Origin: an uncultured Planctomycetia bacterium
GTDB taxonomy: Bacteria; Planctomycetota; Planctomycetia; Pirellulales; S012-138
NCBI GenBank assembly: GCA_963809785.1
Contig: CAWEKV010000003.1
Span: 209,959 to 273,958, forward strand
Direction: 5' to 3'
DNA length: 64,000 nucleotides
Shown piece after piece: positions 51,778-61,789 of this stretch (position 1 is its first letter; each line of letters opens with the position of its first letter). The notes below the pieces were generated by a model. That model saw only the letters and a program-made list of their open reading frames with translations. It was not told the origin of the DNA and did not search any database. The position numbers were made by a program, and so were the translations under genes.

Positions 51778-54273
51778 TTAGACGAGTCCCCAGCGTTTGC
51801 GCAGGAACCATTCCACGCCCAACAGCAGCGCCACGGCGTAGCCGCACAGTGCGGCCAAGGAGACGTGCAGGCCCAGCCAGGCCAGCGGCCCGACTGCGCA
51901 GCGGGTCCCACAGCGAGCTGACCGTCCGCACCTCCTCCTCGAGTGTGCGAGAGACTTGCCGCAGGCGCTCCAGCACTTTGTCGAACTCGCCAGGCGTCGC
52001 CACCAGGCCGCCGGTCTCCTGGGCGATCTTCTGCATCGTGGCCAGGTCCGGCACGGGGTTCTGCATCTCGAGCTGCTTAGGCTCCCGGACCAGAAACCGC
52101 TCTTGGGCCGTCAGCTCTTTGCCTCCGAGGACGGCACGGACGGTCACGAGGTAGTCGCCCGGCTGCGTCGGTTTGAACGTCACGGTGCGCTTGTCGCCCT
52201 GGCGATTGAACTGCAGCTTCTCCGTGCCCAGTTCTCGAAACCGATCGTCGCGGCGGACGACGTTCCGCCTGAAGCTCGAAGTCGGCCAATGGCTGGCCAT
52301 CGCTGCCTCGGTCGCCGGCCGATAGATCGACGCCCTGGTTGACGAAGACGTTCCGCTCTTTGGCCAGCACCCAGAGGGGGCCCTCGTCGTCCTGGTCTTT
52401 GCGGCCCAGCCAGAGGGCCAACTGCCGCCAGAACCGCTTGTGGGCTTCCTCCTGTCCGTGGCTGACCCAGCGCCAGGTCGAGTCGCCGGCGAAGGCCAGC
52501 GAGCGGCCGCGGCCGATGCCGGCGGTCTTGGCGATGAGCATCGGATACGTCTCCTGCGCGTTATCTTGCTCTTTGGGACGATAGCCCTCCAGCAGCACGA
52601 CGCCGCCGTTGTTCTCCAGCTTGTTCGCCCCATTCACCAGCGGCGGCAACGCGCTCCACGCCGCGGCATTCTTGTCCGACGGAGCCAGCAGCGTGAGGAA
52701 ATTGCCGGCGGCTTGTGGCGCGGGGCGGATTTGCACGGCCCCGAGCAAGTGTTTGTCGGCACGGAGCCTGGCGTCGAAGTCCTGGATTTCCGTCTCGGCC
52801 ATGCGGACCGGCAGCACGTCCTGGAGCGGGGTCTCGGCGTAACCGCCCGGGCCGAAGCTGTGCAGGCCGCCGAGCATGATCAGCCCGGCTCCGTCGAGAA
52901 CTCGCTGGCGAAGCAGCTCCAGCTCGCTGGGTTGGCCGTCCCTGCCGGGCAGAAAGGCCGAAGCGGCCACGTCGCCGAGGATGAAGACGTTCGTACTTGC
53001 CTGGCTTGAGCCCTTCGGCCAGCGTCTGGGCGGCGGCCGGCGAGCGGCGATCGGGATGCTGGGCATCGAGCCGCACAAAGTCGGCCTCGATGTTCTCGCC
53101 CGAGCCGAGCGAGCGGAGGATGTTGCGTGCCTCGAGCCGCACGGCACCTTCGATGTACAGCACGGCCAGACCGCCTTTGGTCACGCGGACGATGGTCGAT
53201 TGCTCGTTGTTGGCCGTATCGAATTCGCCGTCGCGCTCGGGGAGCCGGAGGGTCATCTTGTAAAGGCCCTCTTTGTCGAACGCATAGCTGAGGTCGAAGG
53301 GCGTCAATTGGCCGCCGTCGCGACGAGGGAATTGCACCGTCTCGACGATCTTCATCTCGCCTGCCTGCTCGACAAGGAGCTGGGCGGGTATCGTGGGGTC
53401 AGGAAAGCCGACGATCCGCGCCTCGCCCGCAATCGCCAGGCGGTTCTTGACGTGGACCGAATCGTTGGCCTTGAGCGTTTCGAGCACCAGGTCGCGCTGC
53501 GTCACCTGGCCTTCAGTGCGGCCGAAGATCACGCCGAAGACCGGATAGTTGCGCCCTTTCATCCGCTGCTCCGCGACCCGCGTCGGGTCATCGTCCCGCG
53601 GGGACAGTGCCCGCTGATTGGCATCGCTCAAAAGGACCACGCCCACCAGGCGATGCGGGGTCTCGCGCTTGAGCACTTCGCCCATCGCCCAGCCCAAAGC
53701 GGTCTGCTCTCCGTCGGCCGATTCGGGCAGCTCGATGCTGCCGCCAGAGAAACTCAGCTCCTTTAGATCAGCGTCGAAGGCGTAGGCCTTGATCGTGATG
53801 TGCTCGGCCAGGTCTGCCAGCGCCTCCTTGGCGTCCTGGAGCACCTCGCGGAGCCGCTCGTAGCGCGATTGCGCGGCCACGTCGGTGGCCTTCATGCTGC
53901 CGGAGGTATCGATCAGGATCACGATGGTTGCCGGCAGCCTGCTGACTGCCGTGTAAACGAGTGCCGGCCGCAGCATCATCAGCAGAATGAGGAGCACCAC
54001 GGCCAGCCGCAGGGCCACCAGCGCCAGCCGGCGGCGGGGTGTCGTCCGAGAGCGGGCCGGCCCCAGCAGCATCAAGCCCAGTAGCATGGCCGCCGCGACG
54101 AACACGAACGTATCGCCCAGCCAGGCGCTGCCGACCGGGTTGAACGTCAGTCGCGGCCAGACTTTGCCCAGCGCGTAGATGCCCACCAGCACGGCTGCTG
54201 CCAGCGCGATCAGCGAGCGCTCGGCGGCGGCGCCGCGAGCGGTGGGGGGATCGCGCTGGAGGGTGGTGGACAT
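51778..54273 (-). CDS. VWA-domain membrane protein (BatB-like, ~830 aa; ~3 frameshifts)
   Basis: TM helices are at the N-terminus. The MIDAS motif is IVILIDTSGSM. A later GATase1-like block reads NVFILGDVAASAF...LIMLGGLHSFGPGGY. The C-terminal TM is WLGLHVSLAALCGYAVALLLGVEWFLRKRWGLV, with stop at 51778-51780. The gene is assembled from ORFs 52561, 52077 and 51488/51495. Confidence 0.7.
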
Positions 54274-54338
54274 TTCGTAGGGTGGGCTATGCCCACCAAA
54301 TGTGCGGCTTACTCGTTGCGGCTACTGGTTGGCTACTG

Positions 54339-54500
54339 GTTCCCAAGCTCTGCTTGGGAACCCTATTGTCGAAGCTCTGCTTCGAGGCCTCGACCTCCGC
54401 TATCCTCGAAGCAGAGCTTCGTTACTTGCGTTCCCAAGCGGAGCTTGGGAACGAGGAGCTTGGGAACGAGGAGCTTGGGAACGAGGAGCTTGGGAACGAG
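54339..54500. repeat. Repeat family A, full composite copy plus 4x tandem 15-nt expansion
   Basis: The three hairpins are gttcccaag-ctctg-cttgggaac, cgaagctctgcttcgagg...cctcgaagcagagcttcg and gttcccaag-cggag-cttgggaac. The unit gagcttgggaacgag then repeats 4 times (54441-54500). Confidence 0.9.
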
Positions 54501-56677
54501 GGGGATGAGGGGAATCTGTCTCCTGATAGAAGCGGTTTGCCAAAATGTGCTCGGCGGCCAGGATCAGCGCCGCCAGGGCGATCAGTAGCGGGAACAGGTC
54601 GTGGCCGACCCGTGTCTCGGTAAGCTGGCGGTTGATCTGCTCGCGGTCGCGCGCCAGGCTGAACGGCGCCTCTGCGAAGATGCCTTTCAGGTCTTGCTCG
54701 CCGACGCGCGTCAGCACGCTCTCCTGCGGCGAGAGATTGACGCTGAACCCCCGATCCAGGCCGGCAGCCTTGCTGGCCACTCGAAAGGCCCCGAGCTGCT
54801 CTAGCGGGCCAATGGTCACTGCCGAAGCGTCTGGCGGCAGCGTCTGGAAATCTCCCTCGCCCGAGGGCAGCGTGAGCACGTACCGCTCCACCTTCTGCCC
54901 GGCGCGAGGCTGACTCGCGCCGTCTGGCCGGCATCGTAGTTCAGCTCCTCTCCGCTGCGCACCACCAGGTAGAGCAGCATCTCGTTGGCCAGGATGATGA
55001 ACGGCTGCGGCGGCACGGTGATGCTGTTGGCGAAGCCCTCGCTCGGCAGGTTGTTCCAGGCCGAGTCGTCCAGCTCGTCGGAGACGGGCGTGGTCATGGT
55101 GATCACGCGTCCCTGGCCGACGTGCCGCTCGAGGATCGCCGGCTTGCCGTTGGTGTAGGGAATGATCGACTGCACGTCATTCCCCAGCGGCTCCTCGAGG
55201 TCCCAGGCGTGGCGCACCCAGAACGCCTCCCAAGGGAGCGGCTCTTTCAAGCCGGCGAAAAACGCCAGCAGCGGATGCCCGCGCGGCGGCAGGTTGAGAT
55301 AGACGCCTTGCCACGAGGTCTTGTCCACGAGACGGCCAGCCAGCAGCGCCTGCGCGTGCGGTTCGTTGAAAGAGTCTTGCCCTGCCTGGGCGTTGCGCCC
55401 CAGGAAGATCGCCGCGCTTCCGCCCCGCCTGACGTAGGCCGCGAGTTGCTCGCACACGGCCTTTTCCAACGGCGTGGGATCGACGATGCAGACAGCGGCG
55501 TACTCATCGAGCTTCGTCTGCGGCAGCTCGCCAAGCTCCTTCACCGTGCAGAGGAACCGCTGACGGTTCTCTTCCCGTTGACGCAGCGGCTCCAGGTAGT
55601 CGCGCAGGTCCCAGGCGTACGACTCGGCCGGTGACGGCGCCGCCAGCAGCACTTTCCAGGGCGGCCGGACCTCGATGGTGAAATGCCGTACGTCGTCCAC
55701 TCCAAGCTGATTGGCCTCGCGGTTGGCGATGCGGATTTCGCCCTGGTAGACCCCCAGCTCGCGCAGGCCCGTCAGCGTGAGCGGCATCACCAGCGAGTCG
55801 TTGGCCTTGAGCGTCAACTGGGCTGGGTTCTGCGGCACCGGCGCGCCGGCCGGGTTGCGAAGGATCACGTCCAGTTGCGTGGCATAGTCGCCGCCTGTCC
55901 GCGTCACGTCCTGTTCGAGCTTCACCGTGCTGTTGCGGGCCACGGTCTGGCCCGACAAGCTCAGCTTGCCCAGGGCCGTGTTCTGCGGCTCCGGCGCCAC
56001 CACGTCGATCACGTAGATGCCCAGCGACTTGAGCTGCGAGAGCCGCTCGGTAAGCCGCGTGGCGTTTTCCGGCGACCATTCGCCGCGGCTCAGGTCGGTG
56101 AAGAGATACAGCTCCTTGGCCTCGTGCTGGGCGGTGTCCAGCAGTTCCACCGCGCGGGCGGCCACGTGCAGCAGCCGGTCCGGCGCCACGGTGGTCTGCA
56201 ACTGGCCGAGGCGCTCCTTGGCCCGCGCCAGGTCGATCTCAAACGTGGCCACGTCGGTGCCGGAATCGAGCACGGCCACCTGGCTTTCGTCGGGCAGCTT
56301 GGTGAGCAGCCAGGAGGCGGTCTCTTGGGCCGCCTTGAGCCGGGTCTGGTTCTGCCATTCGTAGTCCATGCTGGGCGACGTATCGACCACGAGCGCGGCC
56401 GAGACGGGGGCGTCTTTCGTCTGCTTGATGGCCGAACAGCTCACGCTCGGCCGGCAAAGGGCCGCGGCCAGGAAGAGCAGCACCGCGGTCCGCAGCACAG
56501 CAAGATGAGATGCCGCAGCCGCAGCCGGCGGCGGTTGGCGTCGCGCCGCTGCTGGAGGAAGCGCAGCGCCGGAAAGAGCACGTGCTTTGGGCTCTGCCGC
56601 ATGATGAGATGCAGCACGATCGGCACCGCCACCGTCGCGGCCAAGCCCCAGAACAGAAGTGGATAGCCGATGACCAC
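54400..56677 (-). CDS. BatA-N-terminal/VWA-domain membrane protein (~760 aa; ~2 frameshifts)
   Basis: GTG 56675-56677 gives VVIGYPLLFWGLAATVAVPIVLHLIMRQSPKHVLFPALRFL (Aerotolerance-regulator N-terminal pattern). The MIDAS-like motif is AALVVDTSPSM. The C-terminal TM is LFPLLIALAALILAAEHILANRFY. The last ~35 codons run into repeat family A (PRSQA x4). Confidence 0.7.
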
Positions 56678-56722
56678 GTGGTACTCGTTTGCGGCCCGCA
56701 GCAGGCAACGCCGTACGCCGGA

Positions 56723-56785
56723 GAACGGAAGCCCATTCCGTCCGAAATGTCCCCTCTTTGGATGAACGGAATCGGCTTCCGTTCT
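56723..56785. repeat. Repeat family F, two copies
   Basis: gaacggaagcccattccgtc and gaacggaatcggcttccgttc. Confidence 0.65.
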
Positions 56786-57110
56786 ACGGCACACGGACTG
56801 TGCCTACTACACGATTATATCGGGCCATGCGGGACCGCCTAAGATGCTTTCCGGCAAGTGGATCGCCGGCAAGGGAGGAAGTCGCCGGGCGGTCGAAGTC
56901 TTCCGTATCTGTCACTCGGTGCTCCGTATCCGTCACGCGGCGGGATGGTTTGTCAATCGGCGGAAAAGCCAGAAGGCTCGGCAACGAAAGGACTTGCCGT
57001 CCGTTGCCCTAAGCCCTGGGAACGTGAGAAAGTGGTTCGCCAGCGCATGTGCCACGCGGATGTTGGGCCGTGGTCTTCCGACGGCCGCCGGCTTGTCCGG
57101 CGCCCGCGCG

Positions 57111-57116
57111 TATAAT
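57111..57116 (+). promoter_or_regulatory. Candidate -10 box (TATAAT) for the TIGR04222/DUF692 operon
   Basis: A perfect TATAAT lies 46 nt upstream of GTG 57162. GGAG sits 9 nt before the start. No convincing -35 was found at 17 nt spacing. Confidence 0.25.
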
Positions 57117-57161
57117 ACTGGCGGTCGGATCTCCTCTCCTTCGCTTCTGGAGCGGTTCGCC

Positions 57162-58076
57162 GTGAATCCCTTCGATCTGCCGGGGCCGTCTTTCCTGCTG
57201 TTGTACGCCGTCGTGGTGATGAGCGGCATCGTGCTGGGCGTCGTGCTGCGATGGCTGTTGCGCGGGCCTTCGCCACGGCCGGAAGGGTTGGCGCCGGAAC
57301 TATCGCCCTATGAGATCGCGTGCCTGTCTGGTGGTCGTAAGCTGGCCGTGGATGCGGCGATCGCCGCTTTGGCGCAGCGGAAGGTGTTGGAAACCGACGT
57401 GGAAGCCAGGCGGCTGAGGGCCCCGGCCAACGCCCCCCTGCCCACGGATCCCTTGGAGATGGCCGTCCACCGCACCGTGGCCGGGCGGCGCAACGGGGCG
57501 ACCGTGCGAGAAGTCCGCCGAGAGGCCGGCTTCGCGGTCGCCACCATCGAAGACCGCCTGCTTGCCGAGGGACTGCACGTCGCGCCGGGACGGAAGCTGC
57601 TCGCTCGCGTCGTGCCCTTCGCACTGATGATGGGCATCATCCTCTTTGGCCTGCAAAAGGTGTTCATTGGCCTCGAACGGGGCAAGCCGGTGGTCTTGCT
57701 GATCATGCTCATGGTCGTGGCCCTGATGGCGGCGATCATGTTTCTGGCCAAATCGGTCACAAGGTCGCGCGCGGGCCAGCGCCTGCTCTCGCGGCTGAAG
57801 GCCGACTATCAGGCGCTGCGGACAACGGCGGCCAGTAACCCTGCTGCGCTCGGGGAAACCGATCTCATGCTGGCCATGTGCGTTTTCGGTGCGGGCATGC
57901 TGGCCGTGGGGCCGCTCTCCGACGTGCGACGTCTGCTCGAGCCTCCCGGGCAAGGCGGCAGCGGCTGCGGAGCGGCCTACGGCGCTACCAGTTGCGGCGA
58001 CGGAGGCGGGGGCGGAGACGGCGGCGGCGGCGGGGGTGGTGGTTGCGGCGGCTGTGGCGGCGGGGGAGGCGACTGA
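57162..58076 (+). CDS. TIGR04222-like polytopic membrane protein ending in a 42-aa Gly/Cys-rich tail
   Basis: The GTG start gives VNPFDLPGPSFLLLYAVVVMSGIVLGVVLRWLL. Further TM segments are VVPFALMMGIILFGLQKVFIGL and VVLLIMLMVVALMAAIMFL. The tail is GQGGSGCGAAYGATSCGDGGGGGDGGGGGGGGCGGCGGGGGD* (57948-58073, 4 Cys). Family assignment is from memory of TIGR04222 proteins. Confidence 0.65.
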   Translation: MNPFDLPGPSFLLLYAVVVMSGIVLGVVLRWLLRGPSPRPEGLAPELSPYEIACLSGGRKLAVDAAIAALAQRKVLETDVEARRLRAPANAPLPTDPLEMAVHRTVAGRRNGATVREVRREAGFAVATIEDRLLAEGLHVAPGRKLLARVVPFALMMGIILFGLQKVFIGLERGKPVVLLIMLMVVALMAAIMFLAKSVTRSRAGQRLLSRLKADYQALRTTAASNPAALGETDLMLAMCVFGAGMLAVGPLSDVRRLLEPPGQGGSGCGAAYGATSCGDGGGGGDGGGGGGGGCGGCGGGGGD

Positions 58077-58978
58077 TGACGCGACCGGACTTAGGACTGG
58101 GCATCGGCTGGCGGCCGGAATTGGCGTGGACCATTGAGCGCCATGCGAAGCAAAGCGGCCGCGATGCGGACCTGGCCTCCCGGGTCAGCGCTCCGGACGT
58201 GAGTTTCGTCGAGATCGTGGCCGAAGACTTCGATCCGGGTGCGGCGCTGCCCCGGGCGCTCCAGCGGCTGCGCGATCGCGGCGTAACGATTATTCCCCAC
58301 GGCGTGTCGCTCTCGCTGGGAAGCGCCGAGCCGCCCAGCCGCGCACGGCTGGAGCGCCTCGCCCGCCTGGCGGATCGCTGCGGCGCACCGCTCGTGAGCG
58401 AGCACGTGGCCTTCGTTCGCGGCGGCGGACGCGAGACCGGGCACCTGCTAGGCGTGCCGCGGACGCGGGAGATGCTCGATATTCTCGTGGAAAACGTGCA
58501 GTTGGCAAAAGCGGCTCTCGGTGTCCCGCTGGCGCTGGAGAACATCGCCACGCTCGTGGAATGGCCCCGCGCGGAACTCGATGCCGCAGAGTTTCTCTGC
58601 GAGCTGCTGCGTCGGGCCGACGTGCTGCTGCTGCTCGATCTGGAGAACGTCTACGCTAACTGCCGGAACCACGGAGGCGACCCCGTGGCGTTCCTTGATC
58701 GCTTGCCTCTGGAGCGAATCGCCTACGTGCACGTGGCCGGCGGCTGCGAGCATGACGGACTGTTCCACGACACGCATACGTGCCCGGTGCCGGGGGCGGT
58801 GCTCGAGTTGGTCACCGAGCTGTGTGCGCGAGCTGACGTGCCGGGTGTAATGCTGGAGCGAGACGGCCACTTTCCGCCGGAGGACGTGCTGTTGGCGGAG
58901 TTGTCGGCCATCGAGGCCGCCGCCGCGAGGGGCCGGACGATGCGGCGAAGCGAGCGGAGGGCCCGCCATGCTGTCTGA
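58076..58978 (+). CDS. DUF692/UPF0276 family protein (MNIO: multinuclear non-heme iron oxidative enzyme, MbnB/TglH/BufB family)
   Basis: The start overlaps the upstream stop (TGATG). It reads MTRPDLGLGIGWRPEL and contains VSFVEIVAEDF, IPHGVSLSLGSAEP, LVSEHVAFVRGGG, LALENIATLV, LLLLDLENVYANCRNHGGDP, YVHVAGGCEHDGLFHDTH and VMLERDGHFP. The ORF is intact. Confidence 0.9.
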   Translation: MTRPDLGLGIGWRPELAWTIERHAKQSGRDADLASRVSAPDVSFVEIVAEDFDPGAALPRALQRLRDRGVTIIPHGVSLSLGSAEPPSRARLERLARLADRCGAPLVSEHVAFVRGGGRETGHLLGVPRTREMLDILVENVQLAKAALGVPLALENIATLVEWPRAELDAAEFLCELLRRADVLLLLDLENVYANCRNHGGDPVAFLDRLPLERIAYVHVAGGCEHDGLFHDTHTCPVPGAVLELVTELCARADVPGVMLERDGHFPPEDVLLAELSAIEAAAARGRTMRRSERRARHAV

Positions 58979-59516
58979 CGCCCGCCACCGCCTTGCGCAG
59001 CAGCAGAGCGCCATGGTGCGTGCGCTCAACGGTGCAGCGCCCGATGGCGCATCGCTCGATCCGGCCGACGATGGCGACGCACTTCTTCCAGTCGGTGTTG
59101 ACGTCGGCCGATTGCGCGTATTGGCCCAATCCTTGGCACGCAAGCGGGCCGAAGCCGTGGCACGCATCTGGCCGGACCTGCCTAAAGCCCTGGGCGCTGC
59201 CGAGTACGGCCGGGCATTCCATGCTTATGCCGCCGCGCGATCAATTCCGGCCGAGGGCGGGACGACCGCCGACGGCCGCGCGTTCATCGCCTGGTATGCA
59301 TCGCGGCACTCACTGCCCGACGAGCTCCGCTGTCGTGCCTTGCTGACCGACCTGGCGCTGGCCAGGTCGCGCGAGGGCCTGCGGCGGCGCCGTGGCGTTG
59401 CGCTTCGCCTGGCCTGGCTGCGGGACGCGCGGCGGCTTGCCGTGGGACTCAGGCTACCGTGGCTGGGGATTGTCTGGGGCAGCATGCCCGTGGGTCGGCC
59501 CCGGCGGCGGCGGTAG
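58968..59516 (+). CDS. MNIO partner-protein candidate (loosely DUF2063/MbnC-position-like)
   Basis: ATG 58968 overlaps the DUF692 stop by 11 nt. The protein is 182 aa: LAQQQSAMVRALNG...RLRVLAQSLARKRAEAVARIWPDLPKALGAAEYGRAFHAYAAARSIP...DGRAFIAWYA. This layout is reminiscent of DUF2063 N-domains. The 3' end overlaps the convergent gene by ~60 nt, so the C-terminus may be affected by an indel. Confidence 0.45.
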   Translation: MLSDARHRLAQQQSAMVRALNGAAPDGASLDPADDGDALLPVGVDVGRLRVLAQSLARKRAEAVARIWPDLPKALGAAEYGRAFHAYAAARSIPAEGGTTADGRAFIAWYASRHSLPDELRCRALLTDLALARSREGLRRRRGVALRLAWLRDARRLAVGLRLPWLGIVWGSMPVGRPRRRR

Positions 59517-60554
59517 GCCGTCGTCCGACGCGCCCTGATCGGCGCTCTCTCGGTTTCCAAACCAACCCTTCACCGCGCGCCAGCCGCGGCCCAGCAGCCG
59601 GCCGGAGACGACTTCTTCGGTCACGGTCTGTTTGTCGATCGAGAAGTTGTTCCACACGGCGGCGACGTACGGCTGCCAGCTCTCGGCCAGCATTACGTAG
59701 AGCCCGCGCTCGCGGACGGTACGCAGTGAAACGGCGTAGTGATCGAGGATGTGGATTTGGAACAGGCCGCCGGCAATCTTGGCTCCGGCGACTACGCCTC
59801 GGCCGACCGCACCCGCCCTGCCCAGCACCTGCATGCTCAGAGCGCTGGAGACCGTCCACAGACTGACCCCCTCCTGGGCAGCGACGGTGCGCATTTCTTC
59901 CCACATCCGCTTGAGCTCGGCCTTGGGAATGAGCTTCGTGGGATCGACCCCGGCTACGGTTGCCCGCGTCTGGGCGATCGTCTCCTTGAGCCCCTCCAGC
60001 GACAAGGGAGGCATGTTCATGGCCTCGGCTGTCTGGCTCGAGGCGGACTCGACGGCCCGCAGCAGGTCGTCGGCATGGTTGATCGCCGAGTCCTCGGCGA
60101 TCAGCCCCTGCTGCTTCAGCTCCTGGGCCAGCTCCTTGAGGAACGCGTTGGAGCCGTGGGCCACGTCGGCCAGCACGGCCAGGATCAGGGCGGGCGAGAC
60201 ATGAAACGTCAACGTGCCGACGGCATCCACGAAATTGCCGACCGCCTTGCGTGCCACGTAGTTCTCCACGTCGGCCGCCTGAGCGACCTGGCCGGTCAAA
60301 AGCGGATCGCCAGCCGGCTGCTCGACGCCGCCGACGCTCTTCAGCAGGTAGTCGAGATTCTGCTGGATGAGCGCCTGGTAGGTCTTGGAATCGCGAAACG
60401 CCTGCGGCACGAGCAACGCCGCCGCCTCGTGCGCGGCGCCCCCGACAACGCCGACCGTCGAGCGCAGTGCCCGCTCGGGAAGCGACAGCGTGAAGACCAG
60501 GTACTTGAGCACGGAACTGCGGTCCGGCGGCGGCGAGGGGTCAGGGATGCCCAT
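59454..60554 (-). CDS. Conserved hypothetical protein (intact, 366 aa)
   Basis: The ORF is uninterrupted and its composition is non-repetitive (LKYLVFTLSLPERALRSTVGVVGG...). No family recognised. Confidence 0.6.
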   Translation of the reverse strand: MGIPDPSPPPDRSSVLKYLVFTLSLPERALRSTVGVVGGAAHEAAALLVPQAFRDSKTYQALIQQNLDYLLKSVGGVEQPAGDPLLTGQVAQAADVENYVARKAVGNFVDAVGTLTFHVSPALILAVLADVAHGSNAFLKELAQELKQQGLIAEDSAINHADDLLRAVESASSQTAEAMNMPPLSLEGLKETIAQTRATVAGVDPTKLIPKAELKRMWEEMRTVAAQEGVSLWTVSSALSMQVLGRAGAVGRGVVAGAKIAGGLFQIHILDHYAVSLRTVRERGLYVMLAESWQPYVAAVWNNFSIDKQTVTEEVVSGRLLGRGWRAVKGWFGNRESADQGASDDGLPPPPGPTHGHAAPDNPQPR

Positions 60555-60765
60555 GGGAGTGCTAGTCGGCCGACGCTACCGTCGAGAGTCGAAAGACGAC
60601 ACTGAACTAGTTCGTCCGGCAAGGGACGATCTTGAGCATTGTAAAGTGGAGCAGGGGAAAACAGCCACCCGAGTGTGAGATGGCTTTTGACTCGCCCGGC
60701 CGCTGTCCATACCATGCTCTCGCTCTGCGCGTTGGCGAGCCATTCACGTCGTTGGAGAATCGACC

Positions 60766-61774
60766 GTGCCTATCCGCCTCGTCACGTGTGACGACGTCCG
60801 AGCCGCCGAGCACGTCATCCGCGAGCACGTCACTCCCGCGCCGCTGATTCGCTCGTATGCCTTGGAGCGCGAGCTGAAGCTTCCGCCCAGCCGGCGGGTC
60901 TGGCTCAAGGACTTCGGCTGGACGCCTGCCGGGTCGTTCAAGCTGCTGGGCGCGCTGAACTGGATGGCCAACAACCTGCCGCGGATCGGCGATCGGCCGG
61001 TCGCGGCCCATTCGTCGGGCAACTTCGCCTCGGGCATCGCCTTCGCCGGCATGCGATTCGGCAAGCGCGTGATCGTGGTCATGCCGGAGACCGCGCCGCG
61101 CGTGAAGTTCGAGCGGACACGGTCTTTCGGCGCCGAGGTCCGCACGTACGACATCACCCGCGATCACGAAACGGGCGAGCGAGACCGCTTGACGCGCGAG
61201 ATCGCCGAGCGGGAAAGGGCCATCCAGGCGTCTCCCTACGACGATCCGCACGTGATCGCCGGCAACGGCGTGGGCGGTCTGGAGATCGTGCACGAGCTGC
61301 GGCAGGCCGGGCGCGGGCTGTCGCATTTCTTCTGCCCGGTCAGCGGCGGCGGACTGATGGCCGGCCAGGCGCTCGCGATCGCGGATGGCTTTCCGCAAGC
61401 CCGGATCATCGGCGTGGAGCCGGCCACCGCGGACGACTTTCGCCAATCGCTGGCCGCGGGCACGCGCGTGCGGATCGACAGGCCGACGAGCATCTGCGAC
61501 GGCCTCTTGTCCTACGACGTGGGCGAGCACAACTGGCCGATTCTCAAGCGACTTGTCCGTCAGGCGATCTCCATTCCAGACACGGCCACGCAGCAAGGCA
61601 TGCGGTGGCTCTACGATCAGCACGGCCTGCGCAGTGAACCGTCCGGGGCCATCGCCGTCGCGGCCGCTGCTCGATCGCCAAGCGGACGCTGGCGGCGAGG
61701 GCGACATCGTGATCGTGATCAGCGGCCGGAACGTGGATGACGACGCTTTTCGCCGCTGGATCAACGCGACGTAG
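60766..61774 (+). CDS. PLP-dependent threonine/serine dehydratase-family enzyme (frameshift near 3' end)
   Basis: GTG start. TPAGSFKLLGALN carries the PLP lysine. Other motifs are AAHSSGNFASGIAFAG, FCPVSGGGLMAG and SEPSGAIAVAA. After ~61660 the frame of ORF 61385-61774 gives the expected ending GDIVIVISGRNVDDDAFRRWI. Confidence 0.8.
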
Positions 61775-61789
61775 CTGCTCGAATCCTCC

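Noticed and set aside
54441-54500. Four exact 15-nt direct repeats, considered as a possible CRISPR array
   Set aside because: The repeats are contiguous with no spacers, and the unit is half of the family-A hairpin. This is a tandem expansion of a REP-like element, not CRISPR.
57948-58073. Possibility that the Gly/Cys tail is only a GGC-rich low-complexity artefact
   Set aside because: This idea was considered and set aside. The tract is in frame with an intact membrane-protein ORF, it ends at a stop that overlaps the MNIO start, and its Cys residues are spaced within the Gly runs. It is therefore kept as a finding rather than dismissed, pending conservation analysis.
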